Under the pieces are notes generated by a model, which was not told the DNA's origin, searched no databases, and saw nothing but the letters and a program-made list of their open reading frames with translations. Shown here in pieces: positions 21,796 to 33,189 of a stretch of 64,000 bases of DNA. Source of the stretch: Carpediemonas membranifera BICM (lineage: Eukaryota > Protista > Fornicata); NCBI GenBank assembly GCA_019828565.1, contig JAHDYR010000053.1, forward strand, positions 284,214-348,213, read 5' to 3'. Position numbers and translations under genes: made by a program. Positions within the stretch are counted from its first letter, which is position 1, and the number at the start of each line of letters is the position of its first letter.

Positions 21796-24111
21796 ATGAA
21801 TCCACCGCCGAAACGTCTGTTAGTGAATAATGTTGGGAAAACTATGATGGAGAAGAGGATAGAGGAAGAGCGACTGCGAAACCTTCAGTTCCAGTCGACA
21901 GTAAGCCGTGAAGGCGAAGAAGACGAGGACGAGTATCCCTCCGACGTCATCTCGTTCTCTGATGCCTTCTCTGTAGGAGGAATGTCCGACGACGACCTTA
22001 TGGACGATGACTCCTTCGCTGGCTCTGACATGGAATCCCCCACGCCCCGTCTTGTGCCCAGCCCTTCTCGGCCCATCGCTGCCACCCCAGTACCTGCCGA
22101 AGTGGCGGCAGAGCCGGAGCCTGAACCCGAGACAAAGAAGCCAGTGACACACCTTCGCGTGGTTCTCGCAGAATCCGACACAATCACTCTGCTGTCTCAG
22201 CCGAACATCGTCTACCCCACAGACGGGGTTGACACTCCACCTGTAGTCCAGGCCAACGAACGGTATGCCCAGGTGCTGGAGAAGTACCGGTTGGGAGAGA
22301 CAGTGGTCGACCGCGGCGTGCAAACAGTCGTCTCCTTCACGAAGGACAAGAAAAGCGCGACCAACCCGATCACCAAAGCCCACAAGCAGGTGGCTGCTCT
22401 CGAGGTGGAGATCTTCGACTCCCTCCAGGCCCTCGAGGAGGAGGAGGTCGCCATTCCCGAGTCCGGGCCCGTCAACTCTCTCGCCCACGCCGTCTCCGGA
22501 GTTAACGACGACGCAACCACCACAGGCGGGGGTCCAGGCGATGACTGGGACGCCCGGTCCGTGATGACGGCGTACACCGCCTACACAATGACCGCCAACA
22601 CCGCCCCCTCGGAGGCCGGCACCATATTCACCGGGACGGGTCTCACAGCGGGATCACAGACCGGAGGCGCGTCTGTAATCATGCCCGCGGAGGGAACAGC
22701 GTCTATGGCCGATGTGGGAATCAAAGCCCCCAACCGGAAGATCATGCATGATCCCACCCTACCGAACGTCCTCCGGATCGCTGAGAGAATCATCCACGGC
22801 AACACGTACGAGACTAAGCTGAAGCTCTGGTCCTCATTCGCAGAGAAACCCCAGCCTAACGCCACCCGCCGCCTTTCCCGCGGCAGATCTCTGTCTATCG
22901 CCCAGGGCTCGAGGAGATTGTCCACACTCAACAGATCACAGGGCATAGAGGGCGCTGAGGCCAGAGTACCAGGGTTTGAGCCGCTCTGGACATCTGCCAG
23001 CCCGTGCATGGGCGAGCTCGATGTCACGGCCATGGCGTGGGGCGGCCCCAGGGCCCCTGACCTCCTGGCAGTGGCGTACGGTCGCCTCTCATTCAACCCC
23101 GGTCCACAAGACGTGGGCACCATCGCTGTGTGGACTCCGAGGAACCCTGCCCATCCAGAGCTCGTGCTGAGGGTTCCCTGCCTTGTAGTCTCACTCGCCT
23201 GGTCACCAGACAGGCCCCAGGCCCTTGCTGCGGGCATGCACGACGGGCGTGTCTGCCTCTACGACGTCCTCGCCCCCGTGGTCGACCTGAAGACCGGTCT
23301 CCACACGCCCGCACTCTCCACCTCCTTCGCCTCTCGTAAGCACCAGGACGCTGTGTGGGCGATGGCGTGGATCCAAGCCAGCCAGGCCGCCACTGCTAGT
23401 GATCTCCTACTCTCCGTCTCAAGTGATGGCAGGGTCACCCAGAGAAGTCTCAAAAAGTCCCTCAGTCCCGACGACATCATGCTACTCAAGACCACGGGAT
23501 CGACGCACAACCCAATCATGGCCGGAGAGTCGCCGCTTGCCAAGGTTGTGGCAGGTCTGGCCCTGGGCGTCACGGCCCATGACCGGAACGTGTACCTCGT
23601 GGGAACTGATGACGGAGCTGTGTACAGATGCTCTCGGACGTACAACGAGCAGTATTTGTCCACTTACTACGGCCACAACGGGTCTGTTACGTCTGTGGCG
23701 TACTCTCCATTCACAGCCGGCGTGTTTTTGACTTCTTCGACTGACGGTACCGTTCGAGTTTGGGAAGTGGAAGAATCTGAGCCAATTCTCGCCATACAGC
23801 ACAAGGACTGCGTCACTGCGGCCGCCTGGTGTCCATTCTCGGCGACTGTGTTCGTTACCGGCACAACTGGCGGCGAGTTGTGCCTCTGGGACCTTGCGTA
23901 CTCAGTGACAGAGCCTGTTATGCAGCTAGACGGCCCGCCCGTGCAGAAGCTGGCGTTCAATGGCTCCTCTGCGGTGCTCTCGGTGGGCTATTCTGGCGGG
24001 AAGGTGATGATGCTGCATCTGACTGAGATCCCCTACGTGGACGCCACCACTGACGCCGAGGAGCAGGCTGACCTCCTGAATATGGCGCTGGAGCAGCTTC
24101 GGGAGAGTTAG
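21796..24111 (+). CDS. WDR78: Axonemal dynein intermediate chain WDR78/DNAI4 (IC138-like); start uncertain (21703, 21739 or 21796)
   Basis: VLAESDTITLL, NERY...DRGVQT, AERIIHGNTY, DLLAVAYG, RNPAHPE, SVSSDGRVTQ, YLVGTDDGAVYRCSRTYNEQYLSTYYGH. Confidence 0.82.
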   Translation: MNPPPKRLLVNNVGKTMMEKRIEEERLRNLQFQSTVSREGEEDEDEYPSDVISFSDAFSVGGMSDDDLMDDDSFAGSDMESPTPRLVPSPSRPIAATPVPAEVAAEPEPEPETKKPVTHLRVVLAESDTITLLSQPNIVYPTDGVDTPPVVQANERYAQVLEKYRLGETVVDRGVQTVVSFTKDKKSATNPITKAHKQVAALEVEIFDSLQALEEEEVAIPESGPVNSLAHAVSGVNDDATTTGGGPGDDWDARSVMTAYTAYTMTANTAPSEAGTIFTGTGLTAGSQTGGASVIMPAEGTASMADVGIKAPNRKIMHDPTLPNVLRIAERIIHGNTYETKLKLWSSFAEKPQPNATRRLSRGRSLSIAQGSRRLSTLNRSQGIEGAEARVPGFEPLWTSASPCMGELDVTAMAWGGPRAPDLLAVAYGRLSFNPGPQDVGTIAVWTPRNPAHPELVLRVPCLVVSLAWSPDRPQALAAGMHDGRVCLYDVLAPVVDLKTGLHTPALSTSFASRKHQDAVWAMAWIQASQAATASDLLLSVSSDGRVTQRSLKKSLSPDDIMLLKTTGSTHNPIMAGESPLAKVVAGLALGVTAHDRNVYLVGTDDGAVYRCSRTYNEQYLSTYYGHNGSVTSVAYSPFTAGVFLTSSTDGTVRVWEVEESEPILAIQHKDCVTAAAWCPFSATVFVTGTTGGELCLWDLAYSVTEPVMQLDGPPVQKLAFNGSSAVLSVGYSGGKVMMLHLTEIPYVDATTDAEEQADLLNMALEQLRES

Positions 24112-24918
24112 TGAGTGTAAATAGTGTTCCCTATAGAGGTCGGAGATAGATTTGCAGTTTATGTCGTGTCCTCTGTAGCGTTTGGACTCAAGTATTCTTA
24201 TCCTGCGCGGCACATCCTTGGATCAGAATCTGGCGTTTGGTCACATGAGTGGGATACCGCAGAGACGGGTTGGAACGAGATATTGGCTAGGGGTTCTGGG
24301 ATTCGTGGCTGAGGGATCTGGAGCCGAGTGCCGTGTGGAGCCGACCCGGTGTTCCTTTACCAAACGAATCAATGCAGATGAAAAGACCGCATGTGATTGT
24401 AGGTAGTGTACAAACATCTCATTTCCGGTGCATTGATGATTTGCTAGATTTGGTCAATCTAAAAATTGGGTGAATCCGCTGCAGGATTTCGCAGGATACG
24501 CCTAGTGAGAGATGGTGGCTACCCATCTACCACACGATATATCACTCGTCACTAAGACATTTGCTGAGTTCTAGATTCACTGAAGGATTGCCGGAGAGGG
24601 CTCAATTCCGTACAGTAACCGCCAAGACTTTTCTTGACCATGTCCGGCAAAAAAAAAATTGAAACTTGTTCAGCACATCTCAAGAAGCAAGGGGGGTCGC
24701 CTAAAGCTCGTTGACCACTTCAGCGAGCGCTTTTGTCACCAGGCAGAGGCGCTGTCGTCCAATTTTGAGGCTGATTCAAGGAGCAGCTAGATCCTCAAGT
24801 CGACCCAAGGGGGCAGCAGAGAACGGCCGAGTCGACACGATCTGGAGATGCAGTAAGATGCATTTTGATTTGCGATCTCCCCAGGATCAGCCATCAGCAG
24901 TTTCGAAGAAACCTCGAA

Positions 24919-27047
24919 ATGGTGCACGCTCTTGATAACATCTTCGCCCCTCGCTCCGTTGCGCTCATTGGTGCTTCTGAGAAGCCCGGTGTTGGCCGTA
25001 CTATGGCTGAGAACCTTCTTGATTTCTCTGGCGAGTTTTACCCCGTGAACCCCACCAGAGAGACTGTCCTTGGCCGCAAGTGCTACAAGTCTGTTCTTGA
25101 CCTCCCCGAGACCCCCGATACCGCCATCCTTGTCATCCCCGCTCGCTTCTGCGCTAACGCTGTCAAGGAGTGCGTTCAGAAGGGCATCCCCGGTGGCATC
25201 ATCATCTCTGCTGGTTTCAAGGAGATGGGTGAACCCGGCATCAAGCTCGAGAAGGACATCATGGCGATTGCTCAGGGCAAGTTCCGCATCGTTGGCCCTA
25301 ACTGCCTCGGTGTCCAGAACTCCCACTACGGCTACAACGGCACCTTCGCCGGCTCCCTGACCAAGCCCGGCAAGGTTGCTTTCATCTCCCAGTCCGGTGC
25401 CCTCTGCTGTGCCGTCCTCGACTGGTCCCTGACCATCGGCCTCGGCTTCTCTGGCTTCGTCTCCATCGGCTCCATGCTCGACCTCGACTGGGGAGATATC
25501 ATCGACTACTATGGCTCCGATGACAACACCGAGGCCATCATCTGCTACATCGAGGGCCTCGGCGATGCCGAGTCCTTCTACCGCGCCGCCAAGAAGGTTT
25601 CCCCCAAGAAGCCTATCATCGTCATCAAGTCCGGCCGTACCGCCGCTGGTGCCTCCGCCGTCGCCTCCCACACTGGCTCCCTTGCCGGCTCCGACGACGT
25701 CCTCGACACCCTCTTCGAGCGCTGCGGTGTCCTCCGCGTCAACGAGATCCAGGACCTCTTCCTCCTCGCCGACGTCGTCGCCGCCCAGCCCCTCCCTGCT
25801 GGCTCCCCCGCCTCACCATCGTCACCAACGCTGGTGGCCCCGGTGTCATCTCCACCGATGCTCTTATCTCCGGCGGCTCCGAGCTGACCAAGCTGTCCGA
25901 GGGCACCTTCAAGGAACTCAACGACTTCCTCCCCGCCGCCTGGTCCCGCAACAACCCCGTTGACATCCTCGGCGACGCTCCTCCCCAGACCTACGCCGGC
26001 TCCCTCGCCATCGCTGCTCGCGACCCCAACGCCGACGGCATGCTCGTCATCCTCACCCCACAGGGTGTGACCGACGCGACTGCCACCGCCAAGCACCTCG
26101 CCGAGTACGCCACCTCCACTGGCAAGCCCGTCATCGCCTCCTGGGTCGGTGGCAAGGACGTCCAGGAGGGCCGCAACGTCCTCCGCCAGGCTGGCATCCC
26201 CTGCTTCGAGTACCCCGACCTCGCCGTCCGCATGTGGAACTACCTCGTCAAGTACGGCCGCACCATCGCCGACCTCACCAAGAACGAGACCCTCAGCAGC
26301 AAGGACCTCGTGCCCGCTGGCGCCAAGGACGCCGCTATGGCCATCATGAAGGAGGCCTACGACGTGAAGCGCTCTTACCTTACCGAGTATGAGTCCAAGA
26401 AGGTCCTCGAGGCCTACGGCATCAAGATCTGCGCCACCGAGGTCGCCTTCACCCCTGAGGAGGCCGCCCAGAAGGCCAAGGAGATCGGCTTCCCCGTGGT
26501 CGTCAAGATCCACTCTGAGACCATCACCCACAAGTCCGATGTCGGCGGTGTCAAGGTCAACCTCAAGACCGAGGAGGAGGTCATCGCCGTCTACAAGGAC
26601 ATGGAGCAGCGCATCGGCCGCCCCGGCTTCCTCGGCGTCACCGTCCAGGCCATGATCGACCTCAAGGGCTCTGAGGTCATCATCGGTATGAACCGCGACC
26701 CCCAGTACGGCCCCGTCCTCGTGTTCGGTGCCGGCGGTGTCCTCGTCGAGATCTTCAAGGACTCTGCGCTCGCCATCCCCCCGCTCAACCTCGAGGAGGC
26801 CAAGGCGACAATCGAGAAGACCAAGATCTACAAGGCGCTCAAGGGCTTCCGTGGCGAGCCCGCCGTCGACCTCCAGGGCCTCGCTGAGACCCTCGTCAAG
26901 TTCTCTTACCTCATTTCCGATCTCAAGATCGTCAAGGAGCTCGACATCAACCCCCTCCTCGCCAAGACCGACGCCGTCATCGCTCTCGATGCCCGTGTCA
27001 TCATTTCCTTCGACGAGATGCAGGGCGCAATGTGCTATGAGGAGTAA
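24919..27047 (+). CDS. Acetyl-CoA synthetase (ADP-forming), fused alpha-beta, interrupted by a 1-nt frameshift at about 25805-25809
   Basis: FAPRSVALIGAS, RIVGPNCLG, SQSGAL, phospho-His motif SHTGSLAG; after the shift RLTIVTNAGGPG, NNPVDILGDA; ATP-grasp FPVVVKIHS..ITHKSDVGGV, ELDINPL. Confidence 0.92.
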
Positions 27048-27301
27048 ATGTTAACTTTGCACTCTACGCTGTGGCAACAAAGCTCGTGAGTCACGCTGTC
27101 GCCATGGCCATTCGCCCCACTGATGCCGCGCATAAGTGACTTTGTCCAGACATGGCAGGGCAACCTGCCTACCCGTCAGGGCCTGTGTATTAGTCCCATG
27201 CATATCAGCGTGTTCCCTCGCTCGATTTGGGAGCGTTTACATAAACATAAATCGCGCATGTATCGGGTCCGCCAACAAAGACCAAAAGGCGACGAAAACG
27301 A

Positions 27302-28309
27302 ATGGAGGAAACCCCTACAACAGCTCTTGACCATGTGAACACTGAGATCTTAGCGAAGAACGACCGCATTGCCGAGCTCGAGCGTGAAATCAAGGAACTT
27401 AAGGAAACCCTCGAGAAGAAGGACTACGAGATCCGCCAGAACCCCATGAAGGCAAAGACGCCCGGGAACCCAATCGCACGGATCACACAAGAGGAGATGG
27501 AGCCCGCTACTCCGCTTACACCCGTTGTCGCCGACCTTTCCGACGAAGCGATCATGGCGACACCCATGTTCCAGCGGCTGCAGGGCCAACTCAAGTCCAT
27601 GGCGCACGCCAACGAACTCCTAGAGTCCAAGCTCTCTGTCGACACTGGCGCGGTCATCGATGATCTCCGGAAGGAGCTGCAAGACACCAACGAAGCGAAG
27701 GTGGCGCTGGAACGGGACCTTTCCGAGGTGGAGACCCAGAAGGCCCGGGTCAACGAGGAGCTGAGCAAGTGGGTGGGCGATGGCGAGACCAACCACCAGC
27801 GCGTGGACAAGCTCAAGGCCGAGATTGTTTTCCTCCAGCGTCAGGTGTTGAAGCTGCAGAAGGATCTGTCCAGCACGCTTCAGACCGTGGCTGAGCGCGA
27901 GGCCCATGATGTCCGCATCGCGCACGTGCTCAAGGGCGCATGGGACGGACTTGGCGTTGCTGGGGTCGACGACGACGAGGAAGCCCCCGAGGAGGCCGAA
28001 GGAGAGGCCGTGCTTCGCTTCTACTCCCGCAAGCTCGCCCGTTTGGTGGAGGGCATGCAGCGGGAGAGCGTAGCGCTCGCCGCAGTCCGTGATGCTGTTG
28101 CCGTCCGTCTTGACGAGATGATTGAATCCATGGAGGTTCTCATTCGCGAACGGGATGTCGCTCAGCGTGCGTGCGAGGCGGATGAGAGGAAAGCATCTCT
28201 ACAGAAAGCCTCGATGAAGCGCCAGATCGAGGAGCTCGAGGTTGGGAACGCTTCGCTCGAGGCAAAGATCAAGGACGTGGAGAGCCAGCTGCGGGCCCTG
28301 GAGAAGTGA
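27302..28309 (+). CDS. Hypothetical coiled-coil protein
   Basis: 335-aa E/K/L-rich heptad ORF. Confidence 0.75.
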   Translation: MEETPTTALDHVNTEILAKNDRIAELEREIKELKETLEKKDYEIRQNPMKAKTPGNPIARITQEEMEPATPLTPVVADLSDEAIMATPMFQRLQGQLKSMAHANELLESKLSVDTGAVIDDLRKELQDTNEAKVALERDLSEVETQKARVNEELSKWVGDGETNHQRVDKLKAEIVFLQRQVLKLQKDLSSTLQTVAEREAHDVRIAHVLKGAWDGLGVAGVDDDEEAPEEAEGEAVLRFYSRKLARLVEGMQRESVALAAVRDAVAVRLDEMIESMEVLIRERDVAQRACEADERKASLQKASMKRQIEELEVGNASLEAKIKDVESQLRALEK

Positions 28310-28993
28310 GTGCTGTCTGCAATAAACATTTGCGGATCAACTATGGTAGTTTGGCGGGTGGCGCTGAAGCAGCGACGGGGGAGTCAACGATACGTGGAAC
28401 AACACAGGCGATGACTATGACAACTTACGTCACCATGTTGAAGGAGACTTCCTCTTATATTTACCCACGTGACACCGTGAAGGTGATTCACACCTCCTTG
28501 CTGAGATCTGAAAAACTCGCAGTTTAAGGTTGGCTGTTTGCGTGCCAAAAAGTTTTTTGTCTTCTAGTGGATGAGCCGACCTTGCACAGGGGCTTACCGC
28601 TAATTTTCTCTGTATTGATAGATATTCACAATGCCTCGAGGCCATACAGGCCCCGGGCGTTAGAAATTGGACCTCTCGTCAATGAGATTTTCTCTGATTA
28701 CCGCGGAGACAGCTTGTTTCTTGCTCATTTCAACAAGGATACTTGAACATGCTGCAAATATGTTGTATAGCTTGTCATAACATCTGCACAAAGCTTCTTC
28801 TGTTCGTTTTATCTCATCTTCATCATGGACATTCGCCCAAGCTGGAGTGCAATTGTTGAAGCAAAAAACTGAATGCAGATATGGCCAAACACGGCAATGT
28901 CAGCTCAAGCAAGCACACAGGTACCGCTTGCCCTGGTCATTCTGAGCACTTTATGCGGCACTTTCATTTCCCCTACCTCAATTCCCCGCAAAC

Positions 28994-29355
28994 ATGCTCA
29001 GTGAGATCCATATCTCGCCAGACGCGTCAATTGAAGACGCACTCCGTAACCTGAAGGGAGCTTATGGCAGAGATCCATCCAATGCCGAGCTTTTGAAGAC
29101 CGCCCGCTATTTCTACGCCAATGGCCAGTACAAGCAGTCTCTCCTTTGCTGTGAGATCCACGTATGTCTAATAGTCACCATTTTACACAGCAGAGCCGCA
29201 CTAACAAGAGCGAGAACTCCTCCCACCTGCTAGGATACTGTGCAGCAATGCTCAGCGACAGAGCCCGCGCCATCGAGTGCTTCAAGATCACGTCAAACAA
29301 GAGCTATCCCACGGACTGGCAGCTGCTTGTCGAGCTTATGGTTGAACTCGAATGA
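28994..29355 (+). CDS. Small TPR-like helical protein (110 aa); exons 28994-29161, 29191-29355
   Basis: Splicing joins ARYFYANGQYKQSLLCCEIH to QSRTNKSENSSHLLGYCAAMLSDRARAIECFK, a TPR-like helix pair pattern. Confidence 0.72.
29162..29190 (+). other. Spliceosomal intron, 29 nt (TPR-like gene)
   Basis: GTATGT...TTACACAG; phase 0. Confidence 0.8.
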
Positions 29356-29804
29356 GGCTGGCATGCAGAGCGAAGTTTCTTCTCTTGGCACAAAGGCATC
29401 AGCCACAGTGGAGGGCGGCACGACCGATGTCTCATAGTGCTGCTGAGTATGATTGACTACGACGCTGATAGAGTATGGAGCGGATCTTGCAGACACAGTG
29501 GGAGGACTCATGGTTCTTTCCCCACCGATAAATTCCATCAAACGGCCAGAGGATTTCTGAGCTGCCATGGATAGCTTTGGCTGATCGGCGGGAAGCTACT
29601 CGGTCCCACCGCTCTTTTTCTGTCCTGCTTCTCTTTCGACAAAACAGCAAATGGGTTTAACGGACAACTCTGAAAATTGAGTGGCACCCAGACGACCGTG
29701 AACCAGTCACAGTGCCCCTCCGACCGAGTGTATGCAGGCACTGCTGCCATGCCGTTTTCAGACCGCAGAAAAAAGTGCAAGAAAAAAGCCAGACAATTCC
29801 GAAC

Positions 29805-30480
29805 ATGCCAGGGCTGTTCCAAAGAAACGCACGGACATTTAAGCCTAAGAAACACGTACAGCAGAGCACAACGAAGCGGGAGGCTCTTGCCAAGTTTGCA
29901 CAAGCCACTCTTGGCTCTGGGAACTTGAGAGAAGCTGTAACCCTCCCAGAAGGCGAAGATTGCAATGAATGGCTCGCGGTCAACAGTTTGTAGTGCCATC
30001 AACTCCCTATTCCCTCACACAGCCGTGGACTTCTTCAACCAGATCAACATGCTGTACTCGACCATTTCCGAGTTCTGCACCCCTGAAACCTGCCCGACCA
30101 TGACCGCTGGGCCCAAGTTCGAGTACCTGTGGGCGGATGGTGCCGCCTATAAGACCCCTACCCGCCTCCCTGCACCCCAGTACGTCGAATGCCTCATGGG
30201 GTGGGTTCAGACGCAGCTCGACAACGAGTCTATCTTCCCCAGCAAAATCGGCGTGCCTTTCCCCAAGAATTTCATCCAGATTGTGAAGACGATCTTCAAG
30301 AGGCTGTTCAGGGTCTATGCTCATATTTATCACAGTCACTTTGAGCAGATTGTGGATCTTGGCGAGGAGGCACACCTCAACACCATCACGAAGCACTTTA
30401 TCTACTTCGTGCAGGAGTTCGATCTGGTCAATGAGAAGGAGCTCGTGCCCCTTCAGGATCTGATTGACCGTTGGCAGTAA
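29805..30480 (+). CDS. MOB1: MOB kinase activator 1; exons 29805-29985, 30023-30480
   Basis: TFKPKK, ATLGSGNLREAVTLPEGEDCNEWLAVN|TVDFFNQINMLY, KRLFRVYAHIYHSHF. Confidence 0.96.
29986..30022 (+). other. Spliceosomal intron, 37 nt (MOB1)
   Basis: GTTTGT...TCACACAG; phase 1 in the Thr codon of AVNTVDF. Confidence 0.95.
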
Positions 30481-30672
30481 ATGTGTGAATATGGCGTGGT
30501 TGCCGTCTTGTACACGGCGGGCCGTTAAGGTCGGGCTTGAAAATTTGTATGGTAGGTCTGGAAACGTATTGTAACGTGGGCTTGGGGTAGTGTGCGCTTG
30601 CTGCCGTCTCTCCAGGCCTAGAAACAACCGACGCGCAGGATAACCAAATTTTGAATCGGCAAACGGGTACTA

Positions 30673-33189
30673 ATGACAGACGAGGTCCTGGACTTCGTGG
30701 ACACATTCATGTCCCATTTTAGCCAAGCTAATTCGCATCGTCATCCATTCTTTATCACTCGAGAGACGGAGAACGGAGACAGGAAGTTTGTTTGCGAAAC
30801 CATTCGGCCCACCATCTCTCGTCTAGCAGGCGCCTACGATTACGACAAATGCGCCCATTTCATCTCTGACATCATCCGCTACAAGCCCCTTGAGGTGCCC
30901 ACGGAGCTCCCCGAGACGCTCTTCACTCCAGCCTATGTAGCGAAGCAGCAAGAGGGTTCAGCGTTCGACATGGCCGCCCTGCTGACCTCCTGCCTCATCG
31001 GTAACGGATACGACGCATACGTTGTCGTTGGCTACGCTCTCCGTGCCATCTGCGAGGGAGACGCCACGGACGTTCCCACTCCAAGCCGGTTCAAGGAGTA
31101 CGACGCTGTTCTTGACGAGTACAGACAGTACGACAAGCCCAAGATTGTCCATGAGCGCATCTCCACGGACAAATACAAGGCAATCATCCCGCCAGTGCTC
31201 GTCTCGAAGTTCCAGGCGAAGCTGAAGAACCGTTCAGACAAGATCAAGCGCGGAGAGGATCCAGACACTGTCTACCAGGAGGATGTGATCCTCGACGAGC
31301 TCGCTGAGGCACGTGCCAAGGCTGCGGCTGAGGGAATCGTCGAAGAGGAGCCCGACGACGCCGAGGCTGACCCCCTCCTTGGCCGCCGTCTACACGCGTG
31401 GGTTGTCATCCTCCCTGGCGGCCGGGGTGTGACCGAGCCCGTCTTCCTCGAGCCTACAACGGGTGACATCTCGCCTCTCGCCACCGACGACTACCTAGGC
31501 ATCGAATCAGTGTTCAACAATAAGAACTTCTTCATCAACATGCAGGACTGCTCTGAGACCGGCGTCCACACCCTCAACTGGGACCTGACGTGCGCTGGGT
31601 GGGAAGCTGTCATCCCTATCCCGAAGGAGGCCGAGGCACCCCCGATGCCTGGCACTACGGTCACCCAGACCCCTTATACCCCGTATAGCCACGCCGGCAG
31701 CGCTATATTCAGCGCGGTCGACCGTCCCGCCGTGCGGTCCATCGAGCTGCCTCCCACCATCCTCCCCCCCGTGACGTTCTCAGAGGCCACCGTTGAATCG
31801 CGCTACCCTGGTGGCAAGAAGACCATCCAGTACAGGGACAGCAGAGTCGACCTCTTTGGCGAATACGTGGACCCGACTGGCGCCCTTCTTGTCGTAACAA
31901 CCACCGCTTCGCCCATCATGAAGGATATTTACGAAGACGACGTGTGGATGCGCCGCGAAGAGACCGGCCGCGTGGGCTGGCAGGAGACTGCCGTGTTCGA
32001 TGAGCGGCGTGCAGACAAGCTCCGCCTAAGACGTGTTCGTTACACCTCTGCGAGTTCGGGCGACGACGTGACGATGGAGGAGATTGTCGAGCTCTTCTAC
32101 GCAGGCCGTGATGATAAGCTCGCCAAGCACACGATCGTCCCCGGCAAGATGAGAACGCTCGGCTTCTTCTACGGAAGCCGGCCCGACTCGCTTCACATGC
32201 TTCGTCATAGATTTGGGCGATCGGTCGAAGCCCAATACCACCAGCGGCACGACAACCTCAAGCGTCGCAAGGCATGCTATGCCACGGGCAAGGATGGTTC
32301 GCCCCTTATTGAGATTGCAGGCGAGACGGGCGTCGTCACTGAGCTGAGCGAGAAATTCTTCCCCGACCAAAAGCTGCTCGAGGCGTGTAAGAACACCAAG
32401 CTCCCCCCCAAGGAGCGCTCAGAGCTCTCGCACACGCCCCAAGCCATCCGCTACAACTTAGTGCAGAAGACCATCCATGTGTCTCTCCACCACCATCCAG
32501 ACCGCATCGTGCCCTCCACACTCTCCTATGCCCACGCTACAGGCGACATCACACGCATAGACACTGATAGCCTCGGGGTCCCGATGCTTGAGTCCGAAAT
32601 TAATGCCCTCATCGCACCGCTCGTTAGCGAGGGCGACAAGGTGCTGGTAGGGCACATGAGGACAATCGCCCAGGATCTAGATGCTGTCATGGCCAGCCTG
32701 GAGAAGACTATGGCGGCCCCCGAGTTGATCCCGACAGTCTACGAGCCAGAGCGGCGCGGCATCTCACATCTCGACGGTGCAGGCAACGGCGACGAGCAGA
32801 CTAAGCGCGACTATCTCTCCGGCTTCCTGCCGCGCGACTGGACTGGCGAGGCGCCTCTTTCAAGCTCAGAGATCGCCGAGGTCCGCCAAAAGTGCCTTTC
32901 CTCCATGAAGGAGCGTCTCTTGAGACGTGCAGGTGTCATCCAAGCCCGCCTTGATGCCGAGAACCTCAAGCTCTCCCGCCAGCAGACGGCTTTCCGTAAG
33001 AATGCCCAACACATGGACAAGGAGGAAGAGGCTGCGTACGTAGACAAGTTTAACGACGCGCTCTTTAAGGTCAGAGTCCTCGAGAGCAGGCTCAAGAGGC
33101 ATGAAATGAACGCGCTGAAGAAGTACGCCGAGCTCGACGCCAGGCTGGCCGAGGACCCGCGGCTGCAGGTGGCGGATGACGATTATTGA
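30673..33189 (+). CDS. DRC7: Dynein regulatory complex subunit 7 (CCDC135/FAP50)
   Basis: KFVCETIRPT, GSAFDMAALLTSCLIGNGYDAYVVVGYA, RLHAWVVILPG.R, FLEPTTG, YLGIESVFNNKNF, C-terminal CLSSMKERLLRRA.VIQARL. Confidence 0.9.
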   Translation: MTDEVLDFVDTFMSHFSQANSHRHPFFITRETENGDRKFVCETIRPTISRLAGAYDYDKCAHFISDIIRYKPLEVPTELPETLFTPAYVAKQQEGSAFDMAALLTSCLIGNGYDAYVVVGYALRAICEGDATDVPTPSRFKEYDAVLDEYRQYDKPKIVHERISTDKYKAIIPPVLVSKFQAKLKNRSDKIKRGEDPDTVYQEDVILDELAEARAKAAAEGIVEEEPDDAEADPLLGRRLHAWVVILPGGRGVTEPVFLEPTTGDISPLATDDYLGIESVFNNKNFFINMQDCSETGVHTLNWDLTCAGWEAVIPIPKEAEAPPMPGTTVTQTPYTPYSHAGSAIFSAVDRPAVRSIELPPTILPPVTFSEATVESRYPGGKKTIQYRDSRVDLFGEYVDPTGALLVVTTTASPIMKDIYEDDVWMRREETGRVGWQETAVFDERRADKLRLRRVRYTSASSGDDVTMEEIVELFYAGRDDKLAKHTIVPGKMRTLGFFYGSRPDSLHMLRHRFGRSVEAQYHQRHDNLKRRKACYATGKDGSPLIEIAGETGVVTELSEKFFPDQKLLEACKNTKLPPKERSELSHTPQAIRYNLVQKTIHVSLHHHPDRIVPSTLSYAHATGDITRIDTDSLGVPMLESEINALIAPLVSEGDKVLVGHMRTIAQDLDAVMASLEKTMAAPELIPTVYEPERRGISHLDGAGNGDEQTKRDYLSGFLPRDWTGEAPLSSSEIAEVRQKCLSSMKERLLRRAGVIQARLDAENLKLSRQQTAFRKNAQHMDKEEEAAYVDKFNDALFKVRVLESRLKRHEMNALKKYAELDARLAEDPRLQVADDDY

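Noticed and set aside
28310-28993. AT-richer 680-nt gap with short ORFs
   Set aside because: No consensus intron pairs, codon bias or stable structure recognised
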